Positions 39,343 through 46,915 of a stretch of 64,000 bases of DNA are shown piece after piece. The stretch's first letter is position 1; each line of letters opens with the position of its first letter. The stretch is taken from the NCBI GenBank assembly GCA_963708075.1, contig OY970194.1, positions 3,968,001-4,032,000 of the forward strand, in the 5' to 3' direction. A program made the position numbers and the translations under genes. A model generated the notes under the pieces. The model saw only the letters and a program-made list of their open reading frames with translations. It was not told the origin of the DNA and made no database searches. Source of the DNA: Sedimentisphaerales bacterium. GTDB lineage: Bacteria; Planctomycetota; Phycisphaerae; Sedimentisphaerales; Anaerobacaceae.

Positions 39343-40215
39343 CTACCGCCGCACCCGTGACGGGGCCTTTCGCGAAGCTCGTCTTGCCACGCGCGTTGCT
39401 TTTCGCGTCGTCTTCTTGCGTCCTTCGCGAGCCGGCGCCCTGGTTCGCACCCTGGCATTCCCACGCCTCCCCCCTGCCTTGCCCTTCTGCCTGGCCTGTT
39501 CCCGCCGCCAGTCGGCGTGGACCTCCCGTCGCCTCTCGGGCGGCCACTCCTCGGGAAAGTTCAGCCGGGCAAACTCGCCGAACATCTCAGCCGCCCCCCG
39601 ATCATACGCCCGCGCCGCCGCCTCCTCGGTGTCGAACAGGCCAAGATAAATAGACTTCCCGGCAAAGCTGATAGTCACCTGCCATCGATGATTCCTCTTG
39701 TTGTAATAGACGCCTTTGTAGATGGAGGTGGTGCCGAAGGGCTTTCCGTTGTTATGCACGTTCTGCTGTTGCGTGATGTTCCGCAAATTGGCCCGGGTAT
39801 CGTCAAGCTTGTTGCCATTGATATGGTCCACGATCTTGCCCTTCGGTGGCTTCATGATCTCGCGGTGCATGAAGATCACCTTGGATTTCCCATCGTGCTT
39901 CTCACATCGCGCGGCGTACCCGCCGCGCGCTCGCCACCGCCACTGACTAAGCCACTCGTAGTCCGCGGCGTCCACATAGGCATACAGGCCCTCACCCAGC
40001 GGGATCGTCTTGACGCCGTCGCCCTGCGGCACAGGCGGCCGGGCCCGGTAGTTCCGGCAGACCGTGCCGCACGGACACTCTTTCATCCGCCCGTACGAGT
40101 CCGGCTGGTTCCCGCACGTCGGCCCCGCCGGCCACCCCGACCCCAGGCTGCGCATCCACAGACACCGGTCCCGGTGAGCATAAACACACGTGTGACAAGT
40201 CGCTTGCCTCGCCAT
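39343..40215 (-). CDS. HNH homing endonuclease with AP2 DNA-binding domain and Cys-rich N-terminus
   Basis: AYVDAADY, MHREIM, VDHINGNKLDDTRANLR (HNH), SIYKGV..W..I..YLGLFDTEEAAARAYD..FARLNFP (AP2); GGGAG RBS before MARQ. Confidence 0.92.
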   Translation of the reverse strand: MARQATCHTCVYAHRDRCLWMRSLGSGWPAGPTCGNQPDSYGRMKECPCGTVCRNYRARPPVPQGDGVKTIPLGEGLYAYVDAADYEWLSQWRWRARGGYAARCEKHDGKSKVIFMHREIMKPPKGKIVDHINGNKLDDTRANLRNITQQQNVHNNGKPFGTTSIYKGVYYNKRNHRWQVTISFAGKSIYLGLFDTEEAAARAYDRGAAEMFGEFARLNFPEEWPPERRREVHADWRREQARQKGKAGGRRGNARVRTRAPAREGRKKTTRKATRVARRASRKAPSRVRR

Positions 40216-40338
40216 GATGTCTCCCATCCACTAAGTTTGATGTGTGAATTTTGATTTTTGATTTTGAATGCCCCGCCACATCTCAAATCAAACATCAACC
40301 ATCAAGAACCAAACGTGATCCTACCCGCACTATGGTCA

Positions 40339-40415
40339 TTTGTACATATAATTGTTCAAAAATCATCAAATCTTTGTGCGCATACCGTAACGCCTGTGTG
40401 GCACAGAGGTTAGGA
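40339..40415 (-). repeat. Conserved non-coding leader block of the HNH-AP2 element, copy 1
   Basis: 70/77 identical to 43222-43298. Confidence 0.9.
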
Positions 40416-40729
40416 TTTCCGAACCCGGCAATGTCTATACCTTTCCGGCCTGGAAGCAAGCGATCCCGCCCTGTTCCTCGGGCAGGCGAGCTGGCCGCCA
40501 AAGCTCAACTCAAGGGCTGGCCCTGGCCTTCCCGCCCTTCTGCCCAATAGTTAATAGTTGATTCTGCTGAACAACTCCTATTTCGGGCCTCTGTACCCTT
40601 ACTTTTGGCATAGCAAACACGGGGGTCACAGCGGAATCAATAATTGAGAACCCGCCCCCCTTCCTCCCGCCCAGGCGGAAGAGCCGGCGGAGGGTTGACC
40701 GAAGCGGGCGGACCGCGTACGATGGCGTT

Positions 40730-41800
40730 ATGAGATATTCTGACAATCCGAACAGTATCGACATTTACGCGACGCTTGCCACGCTGCGCCGCTGGTTGCC
40801 GATCATCGTGGTCGGCGTCATCGTGCTGGTGGTTGCCATCGGGGCGTTGACCGTGGTCTACACCGTGCAGCCGGAAGAACGGGCGGTGGTCAAACGCTTC
40901 GGGGCGGTGATCAAGACCACGAATCCCGGCCTCCACTTCAAGCTGCCTTTCGGGATCGACGACGTTGAACGCGTCGCCACCGAGCGGGTACTCAAGGAGG
41001 AATTCGGCTTCCGGACGGCCGAGGCGGGCGAGCGCACGCGGTACGTCAAAAGCGACTTCCCCGATGAATCGCTGATGCTGTCCGGGGACCTCAATATCAT
41101 TGACGTCGAGTGGGTGGTGCAATATCGCATCGGCGACCCGATCAAGTTCATTTACAGCATGCGCGAGCCCACGCGGACCCTCCGCGATATCTCGGAATCG
41201 ATCATGCGGCGGGTCGTCGGCAACCATCTGGGCAGCGACGTCCTGACGACGGCGCGGGTGAAGATCGCCAACACCACGCGCGAGGAGATCCAGACGGCCA
41301 TGGAGCTGTACCAGACGGGCATCCACATCATAACCGTGGAATTGCAGAATGTGGTGCCGCCCACCGCCGTCCAGCCGGCCTTCAACGCGGTGAACGAGGC
41401 GCGGCAGGAGGAGGAGCGCATGATCAACGAGGCGACCAAACAGGCCAACGAGGTGATTCCCCGGGCCCAGGGCGAAGCCAATCGCACCATCGCCGAGGCG
41501 CAAGGGTACGCCGCCGAGCGGACCAACCAGGCATTGGGCGAGGCCGCACGGTTCCGCTCGATCCTCGCCGAGTATCAGGCGGCGCCGGACGTGACGCGCC
41601 GGCGCATGTATCTGGAGACCCTGTCCGAAATCCTGCCCCAGATCGGATCGGTGCTGGTGATCCAGGAAGGGCAGAGTATGCCCGTGCCTCTGCTGCACCT
41701 GCGCGAGGCGCAGACGTCGTCGCAGGAGGCGCAAATGCCGAAGCCAGAGACACAAACGCCAAAGCGCGAGGCGCAAACGCCGAAGGAGGCGGGCCGATGA
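40730..41800 (+). CDS. hflK: FtsH protease modulator HflK
   Basis: SPFH domain, PGLHFKLPFGID, MLSGDLNI, AFNAVNEA, APDVTRRRMYLET. Confidence 0.95.
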   Translation: MRYSDNPNSIDIYATLATLRRWLPIIVVGVIVLVVAIGALTVVYTVQPEERAVVKRFGAVIKTTNPGLHFKLPFGIDDVERVATERVLKEEFGFRTAEAGERTRYVKSDFPDESLMLSGDLNIIDVEWVVQYRIGDPIKFIYSMREPTRTLRDISESIMRRVVGNHLGSDVLTTARVKIANTTREEIQTAMELYQTGIHIITVELQNVVPPTAVQPAFNAVNEARQEEERMINEATKQANEVIPRAQGEANRTIAEAQGYAAERTNQALGEAARFRSILAEYQAAPDVTRRRMYLETLSEILPQIGSVLVIQEGQSMPVPLLHLREAQTSSQEAQMPKPETQTPKREAQTPKEAGR

Positions 41801-42795
41801 AGGTCTTCATTCTTGCTATCTTCGTTGTCGGCATCTTGGCGGCAGTGGTAATTCTCGGCGGCGGCCTGTTCGTCATCGACCAGGCGGAGCAGGGAATCAT
41901 CGTGCAGTTCGGCGAGCCCGTGGGCGATGTTGTCACCAGGCCGGGGCTGCACTGGAAACACCCGTTCATTCAGGAGGTCCGCCGCTTCGATAAACGCCTG
42001 CTGGCCTGGGATGGCGATGTGAGCCAGATTCCCACCCTGGGCCGGGAGTTCATCGTGGTCGATACGACGGCCCGCTGGCGGATCGTCGATCCTCTGAAGT
42101 TCCTCCGCTCGGTTCGCGACGAGCTCGGGGCCCGCACCCGCCTGGATGATATCCTCGATTCAGTGATGCGCGACATCATTTCCGGCGCCGATCTGGAAGA
42201 GATCGTGCGTTCGCACGACTGGGACGTGGATCCCGCCAGGCTGGAGGAGCCGATCGTCCGCGAGGACGTGGCCCTGGAAAAACCCAAAGTGGGGCGGGAG
42301 GGCCTGGAGCAGAAGATGCTCGCCGCCGCCGCCCGGCTGATGCCGGAGCTGGGCATCGAAATCGTCGATGTGCGCATCAAGCGCATCAATTACATCGAGT
42401 CGGTCCGCCGGCAGGTGGAGAGCCGCATGATCGCCGAACGGCAGAGCATCGCGGCGCGGTTCCGTTCGGAAGGCGAGGGACGCAGTGAGGTGATTCTGGG
42501 CGAGATGGAGCGTCAGTTGCGGGAGATTCGCTCGGAGGCCAAGCGCAAGGCCGAGGAGATTCGCGGCACGGCCGATGCCGAGGCCACAAAGACATACGGA
42601 GCGGCCTATGGCGCAGATCCCGAGTTCTTTGCCTTCTTCCGCACGCTGGAAAGCTATAAGGCGATGGGAAAGAACACGACGCTCATGCTCGACGCCAACG
42701 CGGAATTCTTCCGCTACCTGGAATCGACGCAGCCGTCGAATGCCACGAATGCCGGGAAATCCGGGGACGCCATGCTCAGTGCAGAATTGAAATAA
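41797..42795 (+). CDS. hflC: FtsH protease modulator HflC
   Basis: QFGEPV..PGLHWK, WDGD, DVRIKRIN, RMIAER, DPEFFAFFRTLESY; ATGA overlap with hflK. Confidence 0.95.
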   Translation: MKVFILAIFVVGILAAVVILGGGLFVIDQAEQGIIVQFGEPVGDVVTRPGLHWKHPFIQEVRRFDKRLLAWDGDVSQIPTLGREFIVVDTTARWRIVDPLKFLRSVRDELGARTRLDDILDSVMRDIISGADLEEIVRSHDWDVDPARLEEPIVREDVALEKPKVGREGLEQKMLAAAARLMPELGIEIVDVRIKRINYIESVRRQVESRMIAERQSIAARFRSEGEGRSEVILGEMERQLREIRSEAKRKAEEIRGTADAEATKTYGAAYGADPEFFAFFRTLESYKAMGKNTTLMLDANAEFFRYLESTQPSNATNAGKSGDAMLSAELK

Positions 42796-42807
42796 GCAAG
42801 CTGTCCC

Positions 42808-42908
42808 GAATGGCGGTCCCTTAAGACCATGCTTCCCGTCCTGATCAGCGTTTTCGGTTCAGAAACGAAGGTTCCCGACGTGGCTCTCCGCTTAACGGAC
42901 CGCCATTC
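42808..42908. mobile_element. 101-bp MITE with IS4-like 18-bp terminal IRs and 10-11-bp target duplication
   Basis: GAATGGCGGTCCCTTAAG / CTTAACGGACCGCCATTC (17/18), flanked by [C/T]AAGCTGTCCC direct repeats. Confidence 0.85.
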
Positions 42909-42926
42909 TAAGCTGTCCCCGGAATT

Positions 42927-43006
42927 CCCGACCCCAGGCTGCGCATCCACCGCCCCCGGTCCCAGTGAGCATAAACACAGGTGTGACAAGTCGCTTGCCT
43001 CGCCAT
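42927..43006 (-). pseudogene. Truncated second copy of the HNH-AP2 gene (about the first 27 codons)
   Basis: MARQATCHTCVYAHWDRGRWMRSLGSG, collinear with 40136-40215. Confidence 0.9.
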
Positions 43007-43050
43007 GAGTTCTCCCGTCCGTAGAAGTAAGGAAAACGAAACACATATTT

Positions 43051-43195
43051 AACCGCAGAGGACGCGAAGGAACGCAAAGGTTAAAACCATTGTCGTTGTT
43101 GAAGTTGACCTCTTTCTCTGCGTACCTCTGCGCCCTCCGCGGTAAAACCTTTCCCCGGCCGCCCGCATGTCATTCCCGCGAAGGCGGGAATCCAG
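43051..43195. repeat. Two short palindromic repeat elements: ACCGCAGAGGACGCG..CTCTGCGCCCTCCGCGGT pair and GTCATTCCCGCGAAGGCGGGAATCCA
   Basis: Imperfect inverted arms at about 43052-43080 and 43111-43143; hairpin at about 43169-43194. Confidence 0.65.
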
Positions 43196-43221
43196 ACTAC
43201 AGACTACCGTCAACATGTCCG

Positions 43222-43298
43222 TTTGTCCATACAATTGTTCAAAAATCATCAAATTTTTCCGCGCATGCCGTAACGCCTTTGTGGCACAGAGGTTAGGA
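43222..43298 (-). repeat. Conserved non-coding leader block of the HNH-AP2 element, copy 2
   Basis: 70/77 identical to 40339-40415. Confidence 0.9.
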
Positions 43299-43433
43299 AT
43301 CCCACACCTGACGACACATAGCTTCTCTCGCCGGAGAAAAGAGCGATCCTGTCCCCCAATAGTTAACAAGTGAGACTCGACCCCCTTCATCACCCAATTC
43401 AGAACCGAAAAAGGTAAGCTGTCCCTGGACTTC

Positions 43434-44842
43434 TTATGTCGTCAGCAGAAAGTAACGTAGCGGGAGATACAAGATATTGTCGTCGAAGCTCACCGTCTGA
43501 TCGCGCGTAATGATACACCCGAAGGAGAGTCTGAATCTGGCCATGAATGACTTCAACCCACTGATCTGGTCGATTCGCGTTCTATGCTTGACCTCAATAG
43601 GCACATGACGGTTGCCGCCATGCGTCAGCACGAAATCCACTTCGCGTGTCTTCTCACGGTAGTACGTTAGTTCGATCCGCTCCGGCCAGCCCATCAACTC
43701 CCTCGCCACGACATTCTCAGCATATAGGCCCATTGTATGGTCATCCAGGGTCGTCCGGGTTTTCAGCACGGCGTTCCGCAACGCCATATCAATCGGATAC
43801 GTTTTGATGTTCCCCTGTGCACGCGCAAGGGCTGATGCGTGAACTTCTGTATCCGCAGGATCAAGTCAGTCTTTTCAAGGAGAGGCAGGTTGTCCTCAAT
43901 GACTTGTTTTTGCACTCCGGCGTCGCTGGCGATCTTGGTCGTGTTCAATTCGAGGCCCGGGTGCGCGAGCAGGTACACGAAAAACCGTAGCACATTTTCC
44001 GGCTTGCGGTATCGTCCCACGGACATCAAATCCTCATACAGTACCTTGCGGACTTGTTGCTCCATCAGATACTCGATTTTGCGAGCGGCATCAGGAAGAG
44101 CCCAGACCTCTGGGAAGCCTCCTTCTCGTGAATAGTCGAGGACGGCTTGATCGATCTCTTGCCGAAAAGGTGCAACCGCTTCATCGAGGCTGTTGATGCA
44201 ATCCACCGCGGCTCCACTATCCGATGCGAGCATGGCCGCTTTCAGGCGACAGTGCGCCGCCAACGTTGCAGCAAACGCCGGTTGCCCGCGCAGTCGATAC
44301 TCACAGTACTCACGGAAGCTGAATGGGAGCAGATGCCGGTCCTTGATCCGCCCAAGCAGCGATTCCTGGCTGCTGCGAAAAATAGGCGATGAGGCTGAGC
44401 CGGAAATCACGAATCGTAGCGGGCGTCTCAGATCGTATGCTTTTTTCAGGAACAGTTCCCATCGGGGCAGCCGCTGAATCTCATCCAGGAAGATGTAAGT
44501 GACCTTACCCGGTTTAGTGAATCGGTCGAACAGAAGATCGAGCACAATGTGCTGGGCTTCTTGCGACGTGAATACCTCGGGATCGTCCAGCGAGAAGTAC
44601 ACGATCCTCTGGGGATCAACCTTATTCTCACGAATAAGGCGGCTGGTCACATGACGCAGCGCCGTGCTCTTGCCGACACGCCGAGGGCCGGTTATTGAGA
44701 TAATCTGCGGTAGGTCCTTGAGATCGCTCAGTACTTCACCGACAATCGGGCGGTGGTAGTCGGGCAACGTAGCATCCCAATCGCTGGTTTTCCACCACGG
44801 ATTATATGGGGCGAGCACAGCGTCCAGCCGACCACTATCCAT
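43434..44842 (-). CDS. AAA+ ATPase (AAA_14 + DUF4143 family); frameshift near 43820
   Basis: NPWW, GPRRVGKS, FLDEIQ, ISGSAS, LLPFSFREY, GGFPE; second frame AENVV..EVDFV..PIEVK. Confidence 0.88.
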
Positions 44843-45108
44843 GCATAAGTCCTTATTTTGAAGCCAGTTATGTATTTCGTCAAAATATGAGCAGTATGAT
44901 ACTCATATTTTGCCAGTCAGTGCAAGCCTCCTTGTACAACATTTGCCCTCCCAGACCACAGCTCGAGCCCTTTCTTGCGCAAGGACACCGTCTACCTAGC
45001 GTTCTTCGTCGCTCTTCGTTGGGTACAACTTTGCACAAGTAATCGGATGAAAATGGGGACAGTCAACCTATTTCCGCGTTCTCTCGTCTCATTTATCCCT
45101 CGGCCTTC

Positions 45109-45202
45109 GCACCCTTACAGCCATCCCGCTTGTTTCGGCCTCACCACATCTGTCCGGCCCGTGCGGGCCGGCAACCAACCTGTCGCAGCTTCATCAGGGT
45201 GC
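45109..45202 (-). ncRNA. Candidate hammerhead-like structured RNA (non-canonical junctions)
   Basis: Minus strand GCACC-CUGAUGA-(long stem with CCGGCCC/GGGCCGG hairpin)-GAAAC-(short stem)-GUA-AG-GGUGC. Confidence 0.4.
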
Positions 45203-45254
45203 ATAACTGCCGGTATTATGGCAGCCGCGGGCGAGGCCTGCAAGGGGAAAAGGC

Positions 45255-45332
45255 GGTAGTCGGTAGCCGGTAGTCGGTAGTCGGTAGTCGGTGGGGGCAC
45301 GGCGGGGCCGGGCGATTGCGGATTGCGGATTG
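45255..45332 (+). repeat. Heptamer tandem arrays (GGTAGTC)x5 and (ATTGCGG)x2-3
   Basis: Seen directly in the sequence. Confidence 0.85.
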
Positions 45333-45581
45333 GTCGGTTCTTACCTTCTTCCCTTCCTGCGTTCCTACCCTCTCACCTTCGGTGCTTTATCCTCCGTGTG
45401 CTGCGTGACCTCCGTGGTGAACCCGCCTGGCCCGTTGGAAGACCACCCCAGCGCGGCGTGGCGGCGCAACTTCTTCACTGAAAAATCCTTCTCCTGGTTT
45501 TTCCTTTCTGACGCGGTAAGCACCTGGTGTACAATAGGTCAGACTCATGTTCTGTAGAACTCGTCCTATACCAGGAGACAG

Positions 45582-45932
45582 GTGACCGAAATGGGGATTC
45601 AGGAGCACACAGGCAATACACTGATCGTCGATCTGCCGCCCGAACCGCAGATGACGGAAGAGTTGGAGGCCGTAATCACAATGATCCGGCAGCATGCGGC
45701 TCGCGATGTGGTGATCGATTTCACCCATGTCGGCATCGTGACTTCGTTAAGTCTTTCAAGACTGCTTCAACTGCGAAAGATAATGCATGATAACGGACGC
45801 AGCCTTGTCCTGCGCCATGTAGCGCCGATCACACGCGGTATTTTCAGTACTGTCGGATTTGACGAGCTATTTGAGTTTTGCGACGGTACTGAGGCGGCGG
45901 CGGAGCAACAGAAGAAGATCTCCGCGGACTGA
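45582..45932 (+). CDS. STAS-domain protein (anti-sigma factor antagonist-like)
   Basis: VVIDFTHVGIVTSLSLSRLLQL..LVL..IFSTVGFDELF; AGGAG RBS. Confidence 0.85.
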   Translation: MTEMGIQEHTGNTLIVDLPPEPQMTEELEAVITMIRQHAARDVVIDFTHVGIVTSLSLSRLLQLRKIMHDNGRSLVLRHVAPITRGIFSTVGFDELFEFCDGTEAAAEQQKKISAD

Positions 45933-45963
45933 GCCGCGTGGAAATAGACCTGAACGCCGTGCT

Positions 45964-46850
45964 CAATTCAGAACCGGATCAGTAAGCTGTCCGCGGAGTT
46001 CCCTCGGTATTGCGGCGACTGCAGGCGGGGAGGACACGGGGCTTGGGATTTTTGATTTACGATTTGTGATTTATGATTAGGAGGGAGGCCGGGCGCGACG
46101 CCCGGATTGTGGATTTCGGATTGCGGAGTGCGGAATGAAAATGCAGTTGCAGGTTGAAAATCTGCGTTCATCTGCGGTGAACAATCAGTTGTCATTTCAC
46201 GGTTGTCAGTTGGCAGTTGTGAATCTGCGAAAATCTGCGAAATCTGCGGATGAAAAGCAGTTGTCAGTTCACGGTTGTCAGTTGCCGGTCGGCGGTTCCT
46301 TCTTGGCGGTCTTTGCGTCTTGGCGAGAGACAATCCGCATCCCGGCCGTAAGGTCGGGGATTGCCGCGCTGCGCTCCTAAGAAACTAACTGGCCGGGTGC
46401 CATGTCTACGCTTGCGTAGACATGTTCCACTCGATGGGCAAGGCATGCTTACGCGAGCGTAAGCATGGCACCGAAACCCTCTGGTTTCTTCCCGACACCT
46501 GCCGCGCAGCAACTGACCGACTCGCAATGACAGAGTCGGGATCAGCGGTTACCCGCGGTTGCATTATCTCTGCGTCTCCGCGTCTCTGCGTGAGATGATC
46601 TTTTTGCGTGGTTCGTGGTGAAGAGCCGTGGATTCCCGATCAGGTCGGGAATGACGTGCCCGCAAAGAGAATGAATCGGTGTACGGTGCACACCCTACGA
46701 AATCCGCGTGAATCCGTGGAATCGGGGCCTTTGGATTGATGATCGATGATTTACGATTGATGATTGGGAGGCGCTTCGCGTGGTTCGCGGTTGACGATCA
46801 GAAATCCGCGTGGGTTAAGAACCCACCCTACATAGTGCGCGGGAATGACA
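45964..46850. repeat. ORF-free mosaic of about ten different short REP-like/heptamer repeat families
   Basis: Examples: ATCTGCGTTCATCTGCGG, CTTGGCGGTCTTTGCGTCTTGGCG, GGATTCCCGATCAGGTCGGGAATGAC, GTGGGTTAAGAACCCACCCTAC. Confidence 0.8.
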
Positions 46851-46863
46851 TTGAAAATACCAA

Positions 46864-46899
46864 GGGACCCCGGACCTAGGTTGGCGGGTCCGGGGTCCC
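46864..46899. terminator. Perfect 13-bp stem hairpin downstream of LamG paralogue 3
   Basis: GGGACCCCGGACC / GGTCCGGGGTCCC. Confidence 0.65.
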
Positions 46900-46915
46900 C
46901 TGGGCGCGTCGTGGA

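Noticed and set aside
39343..40560. HNH-AP2 gene as a group I intron ORF or IscB/HEARO system
   Set aside because: No interrupted host gene or intron core recognised; the protein lacks RuvC and PLMP motifs
41110..42795. 561-aa version of HflC
   Set aside because: The extension overlaps hflK out of frame; the ATGA-coupled start at 41797 fits the family
45255..46850. Repeat clusters as a possible CRISPR array
   Set aside because: No constant repeat with regular unique spacers and no cas genes
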